Assembly (NCBI RefSeq): GCF_006345805.1
Contig: NC_043015.1
Span: 23,746,001-23,810,000, forward strand
Length of the DNA stretch: 64,000 bases
Origin: Octopus sinensis
Taxonomy: Eukaryota
Direction of reading: 5' to 3'
Below, piece by piece: positions 51,773 to 64,000 of the stretch. Both the position numbers and the translations under genes were made by a program. The notes below the pieces were generated by a model, which saw nothing but the letters and a program-made list of their open reading frames with translations, was not told the origin of the DNA and searched no databases. Position 1 is the first letter of the stretch. Each line of letters opens with the position of its first letter.

Positions 51773-53024
51773 CAAGTGCCTCATATTTCATCATTGGGCC
51801 GACGAGAGGATTTGGGATGTATTTGGTAGATGGAAATGAAAGTAGCCATACACACGCACACGCACACACATATGTATATATATATGTAAGTATATATGTC
51901 TATATATATATAAACATATATACTTACATATACATACGTATATATACATATATTTATATATATGCACACACACGCACATAATGACGCTAATTATATATGT
52001 ATAATATATATATATATGTATATATGAGTACACATGTATGTATTTATTTTTATGCATATACATCTACGTACGTATTTATAATTGTAGCATGTATAATTAT
52101 GCATATAGAAGACCCCCTCCATATATATGTGTGTGTGTGTGTGTATATATATATACATAGAGAGAGAGAGAGGCGGGAGAGAAAGACATTGTCAGAGAGA
52201 CAGATAGTTTGGCATAGACACATAAATAAGCATTTATATGGCACTATCTCCTCTGTATATATATATATATATATATCCACATAGACATAAACATATATAT
52301 ATATATATGCATACATATGTGTGTGTATGTATGTCCGTGTGTCTTTATCTGCTTGTATACAGGAATATAGATTCCTTCGTTTTTACTGTCGTGTATTGGA
52401 AACTACATTACAATTTTCTTTTTCCTCACCCACTACTTACTGCTCCGCTGATGATCTCGGCAGGATATGACGTTGGTGTTAGTAGTTGGATGCAGTTATG
52501 CTATAGGCGGGGGTGTTGCAAATTTTTATGACTGCCCAGCTATATGGCCAACATTGTTGCGAAGCTGAGAAGCTCACCTATAATTCCATGTCATAAGCGC
52601 ATCTTTGAACGCCTTACCTGATTTATTCCCCCACGCAATTTTTGTGAGACTTTATGATATTTTCGTGAGATATTCAATTCTCCTAGCAGGTCGCTCGTTT
52701 TCATAAATGATCTCTTATTAGAACTGAGTGTAATTAAATTTTTAGATGCAACGCTTATGCAGAAATTTGTTGTTTTCTGTTTCCGAGGACTCTTTGTCAT
52801 TTAGCTGTTATTTCTAGCAGTTCCATCACGCTTGTTTATGTTGTTATGTTTCCTTCTTACGCTCTCATGATTAGAGGTTTTGTCTATAGTGATGATTGTT
52901 CTTACATCTACTTTATACATTACTTTTTTTCCTATCTGATAAATATGTTTCCTTTGATGATTTTGAACACAGGAAGTTATTAGTAATTTATCTCTAAAAA
53001 TATTCTTTCCAAATCCTCGAAGGT

Positions 53025-53064
53025 TAATAATAATAATAATAATAATGATATAATAATAATAATA

Positions 53065-53133
<69 letters not shown>

Positions 53134-53143
53134 CAACAACAAT
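53025..53143. repeat. (AAT)n(AAC)n microsatellite
   Basis: Direct inspection. Confidence 0.95.
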
Positions 53144-56100
53144 AAACTCGAAAGATAGTGTTCGCTTTCAGAAGGACATATAACCGCTAGTAACATAGGA
53201 AACTGATAAAACAGCATGGCGGCAATTGTTCACAAAAGCCACACTCAAATCTAAATTACATTTGTGAACAAAGATAAGTCTTTTGACAAAATGCCCTGCT
53301 ATGATCTCTATAGCCGCAAGCAGCAATATGTAAAACTGCATAAGTAATGATGAATAAATCACAAGGGACTTTAAAGCCATACATGAGAGTGATTAATTTT
53401 AGGTAACAGTTGGCAGTAAACTATATAAGGATTATAAAGTCCAAATAAATGTCTATCAACGTTCTAATGTAAAGCTACTTCACATTATTCTTGGCATTAA
53501 GGTCACCACAAAGAACTTGGCACCGAGTTCTAAAAAAGATTATTGTTAAGGATCATGTGAAGTATCATGTTAGAAATTTTATAAAACAGAGAAATATGAT
53601 TCAGTCCAAAGGTCTTGCCTGCAACGATGATAAAACCGGAGGCGTCATTTAGTTATACGATTTTCGGAAATAACCAGTAATTATTCATTTCTGGGTTACC
53701 ATACATGAGGATATGATAAGACTCAGTATTGTGAGATTATACAACTTAGCTCACTTAACTACTAAAAGTTCTATCAAAAAGCCCAGCATAGCTTACTGGA
53801 ATCTTTAGAAGTAAAACTGTCTGGTTCTCTTCAGCTTTATTGTGTTTATATCGTGGCTACACGAAGGACGTTTTGTTTAGGCGTTTAATCAAACTTCTTC
53901 TCATCGTCTCTCATCTTGTAGCATTGGAAACTGTAACATTTTGTTTCTACTGAAGCGGATCTAAATATCCTTTATTGTTGCAAGAGAAATGGCAGTTCAC
54001 ATATGTTCGGGAACAATCAGCATTATGGTTAGATATGGCTACAACACAACCTCGGCAGATCACTCAGCGTCCACGTTTTTGTATTCTTAAATGAAAATCC
54101 GCTTTGTCTAAAAGGTGAGAGAAAATGTTATATGAGAATGCTTGCTTTCATCTTCGCACAATATAGATTATAGCCGATGCTATGTAAGGGAATACCAGTG
54201 ATACTTAAACCCACAAGTTTAACTATATAGATTCCATCCTAACATTCCATAGGCATGACAGAAAATATAACACTATTCGTCTTGATTAGAAATGTCATGG
54301 TAGAGCTTTCGTTACAACCATAGTGAAAGAGAAATCAAACGCCATGCCTTGATGTTAATTTATTCGTTAATTAACTAATGAATGCATTTTAGGGAATATA
54401 TGCATGTTGAATTGCTAATGCACTAAAGACAATGTATGTACGCATGCTATAGCTTTTAATTGTTTAAACCTAACGATATCTTGTTTTTATCAAAGAGATA
54501 AAAATATCAGTGGAATTTATATTCGAACGAAAATACTTTAAATATTCAACGGTTTTCTAAAAGATTGCAAGCTTATTATTTGTTTCTATGAATATTACAG
54601 GTTTTCAAAATTGTGATTCAACCATTTGCAAACGTTTCCATATGAACGAATGTTTATTCATATAAGCGTGAATTTATATACTTGGAAATAATATGTAGGC
54701 TTAGAAGGACTTGCCTATAAATAATATGTTTTTCTCAATGATTTTAAAATACATTTTAACATCAGCAGGACAGCCGCAGTTAAGCAATATACGTTTGTAC
54801 CTATTGTATCGTGCCTTAAACAACTATATCAGATATGTTACAGCATAAGTTCTGATATGAATGCTCCATTTATGTTCCTTCTGCTGTCAAGTGTTTGTAT
54901 TAAAAAAAAGATTTGTATGTTCTCTATTTACATTCAGATTATTGTTGTTTTATCAACATCATGGCAAAATGGAAGTTTGTATCATAGCGACATTTCTAAG
55001 CAGTCATTGATAGCATGTATAATATCTTACAAAAGAATGTGTAATCATCGACATTTTCTTGGTTTTAATTAATCACTGCTTCTTTCATTTAATATTTTCT
55101 AGTCATTGAACCACTAATGAATTTCAACCAAGAAAAGAAAAATGTGACGTCATTAGCCTCAAAGAGTTAAATGGTTTCTGTCAATACCAGCAGCATCCTC
55201 ATTAATAAAAGAAGCAGACTCGTCATTGGCAGTCTTTAGACACCATCTGTGGGAATGAGTTTTTGCAGATCTCTGATATGAAAGGAAATCGTCATCGGGA
55301 AATGAGGACATCTTGTATCGTTACAACTTGCTCATATGAGGTTCATTCAACCAGTTTTACCGTTGTTCATCAACAGCTGTATGTTTTAAGTGTTTAGCAT
55401 GTAGTTGTGCATATTTGCGCATATATGTGTGGGCGTGGCTGAGCTCGCACGCGCGTATGTGTTTGGTGAATATTCTTGCATGCAAACACAGTCATACACG
55501 TGCATTTTTATAGGCATATGTACAAGGATACATGGTTACAAACATACACACAAACACACACATACATACAACACACACAGACCCCTCTCTCTCTCTCTAT
55601 ATATATATATATGTATATATATATAATATATATATATATAATATATATATATATTATATATATGTTTGACGAACCGTCATGTTACAAGGACGGAGATAAA
55701 GAAAATCAACCATTTTATCAAGTATTACAGGAGACAAACATGCAAATGTGTATATACGTACATACATAAACGCACACACAAATGTCTGGCTGCGTTTCTT
55801 TCTACAAAACGGAAAGTAACATTGCGCAACAGTCATTTTAACGAGTTGTACTTATTTATCACCCGACGAGATACATTTGCACCACTGGATGCTCCTGAAC
55901 CAGTTGTTAAGTGTCCCACCTAAAAGGAATCGATGCTAGATGTATGGAAGCAATTGTGATTAATAATAAATTCTCGTATACTCCATCATTTGTCTTTCAT
56001 TTGCTATCACTCTCTCTCTCTCTCTGTATATATATATATGTACATATATATATATATATCGAAATACTTTTCATTACCCGACATGCAGTTCGTAAAAAGC

Positions 56101-56398
56101 CCGCCATTTACCGGATATATGATTTATAAACATTCCATGTGCCTGGCCGGAGTGAGCAGTTGTCTGTTCGTCTTCGCTACGTAAGGTTGGTAGTTTATTT
56201 ATGATGTGTTCAGAATCAGTTCTGCTGACGATCATTAGACGTAAGTTGAATGTGAAATCACGGTGATACAGAACTAAATTCATTTTTTAAATGTCTTGCT
56301 TTGAAAAACTGCATTTGGGTATGATTAGTATAATTTTGGTAGTAATGACTTTGTCCCTCCTAGTGTGAGGCATTTATGTGTAATAATGCCCTCTATAC

Positions 56399-56447
<49 letters not shown>

Positions 56448-56534
56448 AACATATATGTATATGTGTATATAGATATACATGTATATATGTTTATGTATAC
56501 ATATGTGTATATATATATACACACACACACACGC

Positions 56535-56570
<36 letters not shown>

Positions 56571-56571
<1 letters not shown>

Positions 56572-56853
56572 GAGGCGCAATAGCCCAATGGTTAGGGCAG
56601 CGGACTCGCGTTCGTAGGATCGCGGTTTCGATTCCCAGACCGGGCGTTGTGAGTGTTTATTGAGCGATAACACCTAAATAGTTCCACGAGGCTCCGGCAG
56701 GGGGGTGATGATCCCTGCTGTACTCTTTCACCACACTTTCTCTTACTCTTTCTTCTGTTGGCCTGCTCGCTTAACCAGCGGGGTGTCGTCATTCGAAGGC
56801 TAAAAAAAACAATGCGAACGCATTGTGACCAGCGATGTGTAACAACATCTGAT
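56571..56853 (+). mobile_element. tRNA-derived SINE family C, near full-length
   Basis: tRNA-like head GGCGCAATAGCCCAATGGTTAGGGCAGCGGACTC..GGTTTCGATTCCC, then body and 3' end GCATTGTGACCAGCGATGTGTAACAACATCTGAT. Not a tRNA gene: no acceptor-stem closure. Confidence 0.85.
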
Positions 56854-58490
56854 ATATATTATGTCAGTTTTTGTAGAATTAGCGTAAGCTGCAGTTTTGA
56901 AGAGATCAGTATACATGTGTTGATATTCATATTATAAAGACTTCGGGTTTGTGTTGCAGATTCTTATTTTTACATCATCTCATACACCAACGCTACGAAG
57001 GAAACACGTCAGCAATATTAACAGGAATGTTTGAGATTTCCATGCATGGATACATGCTTCGTTCGCTAATGAGAAAATATCTATAGGTTTGATGAGCCAA
57101 AATACGTTTGGAAATGATTCACTGATGTCTTTGTAAGTAGAAGACAACCTTGAAGGGATACATTCAGATAAGAAGAAGAAAGATATTCAACTGTTTTAGA
57201 GATTGACAGAATAGTTTGGAAAATGTTCAGCATTAACATTGCTTCTCAAGTTATTATCTTCAGCTGATATTGGAGGCGGAATGAAACCTCTTACACTACC
57301 TCCTTTCATATAGCAAACACGTTATGCTTCTTGCAATTGGAGGCGTTAATATGATGCAACCCCTTAAGTAAGTGATTCTAAAGAAGGGTCTTTTATATAG
57401 TATAAATATTATTGTTCTGATTAACAATACAATACAGTTCAATCTATGCAAGGGGAGAGATGTTTGAAAGACGATAATTTCAAAACCTCAAAACATTTAC
57501 TATTCCTAGATGGGATAAATTTAGACGTTGTGATATTCTCATGGATTATGTACTCAACAGTAACCTTCTTAAAAAGGCTTTTCAGATGCTGCCTTAAGAG
57601 TTACTCGAAGGGATAAAGTATTTTCTTATGTTTATAATATTTATGGGAACATATAACCGGTTTGCATACTCAATTGCAGCTGATACAGCACAATTATTGA
57701 TGTTAGGTGTCTGAAGTTGTTGATCTTTCTGTACAAAAACATGAATAAACATTGTAAACCTGCTTTACATAGTTCCAGACATGACATCTATATAGAAGTT
57801 TATAACACATCCACGTCATACTTGACTGTTAATATTCTTAACCATCATAATAGTTTTAAATCCAAAATCAACTTTGTGCAACTTCTCAGCATTTGAACTG
57901 GCTCCAGTATCGAATTATAGACATTTGATGATGCTGTTCCTGGTTGCTGGGCTGAATGAAACTCGGAGATGAGAGAAGAGATTACTGTGTGGAGAGGACC
58001 TGTCTACAAGTGATACAGATGAGCCAACTTACACAAACAGAGAACATATCAGGATTAAAACAAAACAAGGGCACTCGGAGAGTGCAAACCTCTGCCGAGC
58101 CAACACCATCGTCCTCTCAACGATTAACCGGAGATGATTTTTAAAATGAGAATATCTCAAATAAATCGTCTAATCTCACAAGCGAGAATACTATATATAT
58201 ATATATATATATATGGGGGGATGAGCGGTATTGGTGTCAAGAAGACCCAAAAGGTGTTGGGTAATGCTAAGTAAGTGCTATGGATAGACTATAGTTAAGC
58301 TCCAGGTTCGATAATGTTACGAATGAGGAGTCCAACGTGGGTCATGTATAGCATGCACACACACACACACATATATATATATATAAATATGTATGTATAT
58401 ATGTATGTATCTTCTATTTCCATTCTTTTACATCCCTCTGTATTTCTTATCTTCTCAACAATAATTAATGTTGAAGCATTTTCTCGCACA

Positions 58491-58538
58491 GCCTCTGATG
58501 ACGTGTTATATAAAATATCCCTGAGACAGCTGTAAGGC
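58491..58538 (+). ncRNA. Type-I hammerhead motif (GAAA->GAGA) in a Penelope-type terminal module (~58405-58600)
   Basis: GCCT-CTGATGA-CGTGTTA..TATCCCT-GAGA-CAGCTG-TA-AGGC. Stem I is perfect; the downstream sequence is homologous to 63060-63118 (minus). Ends at (TA)n. Confidence 0.7.
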
Positions 58539-58598
58539 CTTTTCTTTATAAATGATCTGAAAACTATTTACAGCCTTGGATTGTATCTCATTGTGTCA

Positions 58599-58622
<24 letters not shown>

Positions 58623-58630
<8 letters not shown>

Positions 58631-58813
58631 AAAGGGCTTAGTAAAATAAATTACTTTGCCGCATACTGAACTCATTAGAAATAGCAGCTAAAAAAACTTT
58701 TTTAAAACTATTTCTAATACTTAAAGAAAACCTCTCTCATATAGTGTTTGCTCAATTCAACTCACGCAAGTATGCGGCAAAGTAATTTATTTTACTAAGC
58801 CCTTTTATATAAT
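58623..58813. mobile_element. MITE-like foldback with perfect 45-bp terminal inverted repeats
   Basis: ATTATATAAAAGGGCTTAGTAAAATAAATTACTTTGCCGCATACT (58623-58667) is the reverse complement of 58769-58813; inserted at (TA)n. Confidence 0.8.
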
Positions 58814-58856
58814 GTAATAATTTGAATTCGCCTTAAATGGTCCCTTTGCATACTGA

Positions 58857-59004
58857 ATACTTGGTGAAATTGATTAATTAATTCATTTTACCCTCAATGT
58901 TGAAATATATATATATATATATATATAATATATATTATATATATATATATATATATAATATATATATATAGATATATATATATATATATAATATACATAT
59001 ATAT

Positions 59005-59072
<68 letters not shown>

Positions 59073-59118
59073 CTTGGTGAAATTGATTAATTAATTTTAC
59101 CCTCAATTGTTGATATAT
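58857..59118. repeat. About 50-bp direct duplication separated by (TA)n
   Basis: TACTTGGTGAAATTGATTAATTAATT..TTACCCTCAAT at 58857-58900 and 59070-59110. Confidence 0.85.
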
Positions 59119-59185
59119 ATATATATACATATATATACATACATATATACACACACACACATATATATACATATATATATATATA

Positions 59186-59230
<45 letters not shown>

Positions 59231-60637
59231 CAAATATATGTGTATGTGCTTGTGTGTATATATATATAATTACATCTATTCATTTATGTATTTATTATTA
59301 TTATGCTTTTGAGAGCTATGTGATATTCGTGTTTCTGTTGGCAGATGGTTGTCTAGGTCGCTGCCCACAGAGGTTGGCAGCGGATGTCGCTATATTTGAA
59401 AATGCTACTAAATACTGAACTATTGTAACTTTAACATGATTATTTATCCTCGGAAATAGTGCTCCATAAAAAGTCTTGCTTGGTGAAGAATTAGTGGGAA
59501 TGAGGAGTCTGCTAACTGGATAAAGTAATTTGGACCTGGCATCTACAGGATTGGCTACAATTTTAGATTTGTGTGGTTGGCGGTAGAATCTTCCAGAATT
59601 AATTTGCAAGAGGTGGAGTATTGTGCAACTATGTGTGGAGAAAATTCTCCAAAATATTAACTAGTATTTGCTTCTAACTTTATATCTAGAATTCCTACTC
59701 CGCTGGTATGGTTGAGTCACTCCAGAGACCTGAACCTGATCTGCAGTGTGAAAAATATGATATAAAACATGTTTTATTTAGCTTTAGTCGGACGGGACGT
59801 CAATGCGACTACTATCCAGTTTCTTGAGAGTATATTTTGTACGAAAACTCATGGACAATAAAGATATGCGTAGTTATCTTCAAGCTGGACTGTAGAAAAT
59901 TTTGTCAAACTAATCTACTCAAGACTTGAACGCTACAAATAGTTTACACCACCTAATCTCTCCGAAGACAAGTGGTAAAGGAAAAAATGGATATACTTTT
60001 GATGAAGGATTTCTCAGACTAAAACCTAGCATTATCAAATCCAGTTTTCTGTGTGCAAAGGAATATCAGCAGTAAGTAACAATTTCGTATAATCTACATG
60101 GAAGTTAAAAGTGTATGTTTGTTAACTGAAAATTATACCTAGCAATAGTAATTATCAGAAAACACTGTAAAATATTATGAATAAATTAATTAACCGATTA
60201 ATTAATTACTTAATTGGCCGACGTTGTCTACGAACCTACTGTTAGGTTGGAAAAATTTCTTTTCCGGCCAAACTTTTTCTCCAGAAACTATTTTGGTAAT
60301 CTATTAAAATCTTAAAAGTGCAAGATGGAAAATTTAGACATATTTTTAAAATTACATAAAAATGAAAAGAAGCAGGAACAATAATAAATTCTCATAAATT
60401 TAAACATTCGTTTTTAAAAATAGATTTATGTGTTTTGAAATAGGTTGACGCTTGGTTTTGTTCACGTTCGATGTTTTGTGAAATCAATGTAATGCATGTG
60501 TGTACGAAATCTACATTCAGAAATAAGCACTAAATATTTTATTTATTATTAATTAATTGTAAAACCTACTATATTTTTATATATCTTTCTCTTTACGGAA
60601 ATTATATATATATAATATATATATATACATACATACA

Positions 60638-60671
<34 letters not shown>

Positions 60672-60770
60672 TATATATTTATATGTATATATATATATGT
60701 ATATGTATGTATGTATACACACACATGCATAAATATATATATATATGCATGTATACATACACATACATAA

Positions 60771-60804
<34 letters not shown>

Positions 60805-61410
60805 GTGTGTAAGTGTGTATGTGTAATAACTATTATTATTGTTGTTGTTCTTATTACTGCTGCTGCTGTTATCCATCTTTATGATTATTTCTTTTAATTT
60901 ACTACACAATAATGATCATATTAATATTGTTATAAAAATTATAGAAAGAACACTTTTCAAAATCAGAATTTTAGAAATGCAAACGCCAACAACTTTTTCT
61001 TTCGTAATTGTATATTTGTATCTTTCGCAGCTTGACAAAGATGAATCTGCTTTGTATTGAAGTAGGAGAGGATGAATATATTTTCCACTGATTTGCGGTA
61101 TATAATTTGTATGCTAAAAACACGTACATAAATATATATATATATATATAATTCATATTCACACATATACAACGATAGATATATACATACGTATGTGTGT
61201 GTGTCAGTGCGTTCGTGTGTCTGTGTGGGTGTGTTTGTATATAAACTGACATTGTGATTCTATCCTTCAAGCATTTCTATAAAACTACTAACAATCGAAT
61301 GAATATGAGCACTCGTGTATTATGTAATGCACAATACTCAACTCGTCTACACTCTCCTCGCCCTCTTTACTACATTATACATATATATATATAATCAAAA
61401 TATGCAACAA

Positions 61411-61572
61411 GATATCAAGAGGTGATGCAGTACAACCGCTTCAAGAATGCAATCATTACATCAATTTAAATGCAGGGTTATCCTCAGCTGCATAAGTAGA
61501 ATTTTTTATGATTGCATTGTTCAATTAAATGGAGTCGCTTGAAACGGTCGTACTGTATCACCGCTTGATATC
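61411..61572. mobile_element. MITE-like element with 35-bp imperfect terminal inverted repeats
   Basis: GATATCAAGAGGTGATGCAGTACAACCGCTTCAAG (61411-61445) vs the reverse complement of 61538-61572 (4 mismatches); inner IR AATGCAATCAT/ATGATTGCATT. Confidence 0.75.
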
Positions 61573-61675
61573 CTTTTGCTTATTTGGATTTTATTAATCT
61601 TAATTTGAGTTGGACAGATCATACCGCACTAACTTGGGTCTTCAACTTAAGTACCTAATTCAACTGACTCTCAGT

Positions 61676-61711
<36 letters not shown>

Positions 61712-62223
61712 ATATATATACATATGTATATATAATATATATATATGCGTGCGTGTGTGTGTATATATATATATACATATACATACACATATATATATAT
61801 GCGTGTGTGTGTGTGCGTCTGTGTGTGCGTCTGTGTGTATATATATATTTATAACTATATAACGTGGTTACATATAATCTCTTCCTCAGAAAAGGTTTTA
61901 CGCAACTTCCGATACTCTTACTTACCCATCACAGACAAGGGGCGATTGCAGCGGTTACATTTCGTAAAGAATCTTTGCCTGAACAAACTTTATCGGGTCC
62001 AAGGTAAGTGGAAGAACTGGACATGAAATCGGGAATAAAAGCAATGTTAAATTTGAACGGACATCTTTATGCAGAAACGCATGTCGTTAATTCATGAGAT
62101 TCAAAAGGTATTTCTTTGGCATATATTCATATATGTGTGTGTAAGAGAAATATTAGTTTTTATAATGGTAGAATTATAAAGAAATTCTAGTAAAAGTACA
62201 CTTGGAGTTTTTTAGTGATTATA

Positions 62224-62441
62224 CTCTTTTACTCTTTACTCTTTTACTTGTTTCAGTCATTTGACTGCGGCCATGCTGGAGCACCGCCTTTAGTCGAGCA
62301 AATCGACCCCGGGACTTATTCTTTGTAAGCCCAGTACTTATTCTATCGGTCTCTTTTGCCGAACCGCTAAGTGACGGGGACGTAAACACACCAGCATTGG
62401 TTGTCAAGCGATGTTGGGGGGACAAACACAGACACACAAAC

Positions 62442-62475
<34 letters not shown>

Positions 62476-62652
62476 TATATATATATATACGACAGGTTTC
62501 TTTCAGTTTCCGTCTACCAAATCCAGTCACAAGGCTTTGGTCGGCCCGGGGCTATAGCAGAAAACACTTGCCCAAGATGCCACACAGTGGGACTGAACCC
62601 GGAACCATATGGTTGGTTAGCTAGCTACTTACCACACAGCCACGCCTGCGCC
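62224..62652 (-). mobile_element. SINE family A, near-consensus full-length copy
   Basis: Minus strand: GGCGCAGGCGTGGCTGTGTGGTAAG, B-box GGGTTCAGTCCC, CTTGGGCAAGTG, GGATTTGGTAGACGGAAACTGAAAGAA, short internal (TA)/(TG), and 3' half ending (AAGAGTA)n. Confidence 0.92.
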
Positions 62653-63059
62653 TTCCTCACAATTATATACAATATATTATATACAATATATAATAATTTT
62701 CTCATGTGCATGATTTTCTAAATTATTCAGAGATAAAGAAACGGAGAGCCACGGTTTAATTGTGTCGCGAGACGGCGACATTACTGGAACTTGGTATCGC
62801 AAGATGTATATTTCTTTTTTGCACCTGAATAATTTGGAAAAGCATCGAATTATGAAACTAGTTAATTTAATTCCAATAAATATCTCCCCGAAATCTCCAA
62901 ATGCTGTACCAAATTCTTCAGTTTATGTGTGTGAATATATTTGCTTGTGCTTGTGCGTGTGTGCGCGCGTGTGTGTGTGCGTCTTTGTGCGCGTGCATGT
63001 CGGTGCAATAACAGAAAGCCAATGTGAGATATGTATGAATATATATATATATATGGGGG

Positions 63060-63900
63060 GATGTAATGAGATAAAAAAAACAAGGCTGTGTAGATTTTAG
63101 AACATTTATTGCTAGAAGGTCTTACAGCTGTTTCCAGGATATTTATTGTATCCTTTCATCGGAGACGGTGTGAGAGGATGGTTAAATAATAGTTAATTTA
63201 GATACGATACAAAATAGTGAAGGAGGTGGAGGAAAGAAAATAGATACGAGATATGTAGGGATGTTGTATTTGTAGATTCATGTTTTTATGCAGAATGGTA
63301 TACATATAAGATTCCAATACCTAATAATTACAATCCAATAGTATTTAAAAATGGTCATTCCAAGTATAGAGTTTATAAGGGTTTTATTTAAAGTGACCTA
63401 AAACTAGGGAGTGTATTAGTAGGGTCAAATTGAAAACAGGAAGAGAAGAATAAATAAAGAGAAAAAAGAAGGAAAAAAGAAAAAATAAGGGAAAAAAGAA
63501 AAAATAAGGGAGAAGAAATTAAGAAGGAAATAATAAAATATTATAAAATAAAAAAAAACAGGAAGAGAGGAACAAAGGAAAGATAGAAAAAAGAAAAAAA
63601 GCAAAAAAGATATAGATAAGGGAAAGTGTACCAGTTTGTGATCAGTGGAGATAATTTGAAAGTAAGAGTGGTAAGATAAAGGGTGATTGAGAAAGGAAGG
63701 TATTAAAGTGTAAAACGATAGAAAGAATGGTGGGGTGATAAAAAGTAAAGGAATGACAAATGTGTAGTGATAGAGTCTAAGTGATGGGGAAGAGAGAGTT
63801 AGTAGTAAGGAATTAAGCATTTAGGAATTTAGATGGTTTGGCAGGTCAGTGATTAGTAATATAAGAAAAATATATATGTGAAGATGTATACGTATTAGAA
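63060..63900 (-). mobile_element. Penelope-like element 3' remnant (pLTR) ending at (TA)n
   Basis: Carries the hammerhead at 63119-63166 with flanks homologous to the 58491 module; the upstream sequence is pyrimidine-rich and decayed. Confidence 0.55.
63119..63166 (-). ncRNA. Type-I hammerhead motif (U4->C)
   Basis: Minus strand: GTCT-CCGATGA-A-AGGATA caataaa TATCCT-G-GAAA-CAGCTG-TA-AGAC. Stems I, II and III all pair. Confidence 0.8.
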
Positions 63901-64000
63901 TTGTATATATTTATACAAATGTTTATGCATATTAATATCTACGCACACAACACTTACTCGTATGTATATGCACACATGCGCACCCATATATATATAAATA

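Noticed and set aside
52801-53380. Hydrophobic minus-strand ORFs around the (AAT)n tract and a CAG|GTAAGG donor near 52620
   Set aside because: Hydrophobicity comes from microsatellite and AT-rich composition; no coherent exon could be built.
55145-55152. TGACGTCA (CRE) site; also CACGTG E-boxes such as ~40697
   Set aside because: Single short motifs are expected by chance in 64 kb; there is no promoter evidence.
55666-55698. TTGACGA-A-CCGTC..GACGG-A-GATA beside (TA)n
   Set aside because: Stem II is good, but both core strands are altered and no stem I or III is found.
56571-56645. tRNA-like sequence
   Set aside because: It is a SINE head running into the SINE body; no complete cloverleaf or terminator.

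Overview
This is eukaryotic, repeat-saturated DNA that is intergenic or deep-intronic, with one 100-N scaffold gap (51160-51259). The tRNA-derived SINE families and the extreme (TA)n/(TG)n/(TAA)n microsatellite load suggest a coleoid cephalopod, most likely Octopus; this is inference from remembered repeat sequences, not a search. No host protein-coding gene can be supported. Most listed ORFs are microsatellite translations or pieces of decayed transposons, and only a few unverified exon-like islands remain. Identifiable content: (1) non-LTR retrotransposon relics, comprising a HERO-like RLE element with its 5' leader, R4/Dong-like pieces with (TAA)n tails, an RTE LINE and Penelope-like remnants; (2) Tc1/mariner DNA transposons, including a near-intact DD34D mariner with perfect 39-bp ends nested in an older Tc1-type transposase gene, and a Tc1 with about 180-bp inverted repeats; (3) three SINE families and two MITE-like foldbacks. 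The most interesting signal, invisible to the ORF track, is at least nine type-I hammerhead-ribozyme-like motifs from several sequence families. Most have a short palindromic stem III and lie in ORF-less modules beside (TA)n tracts. They include a non-canonical CUGUUGA core kept in two diverged copies and a head-to-head inverted ribozyme pair.
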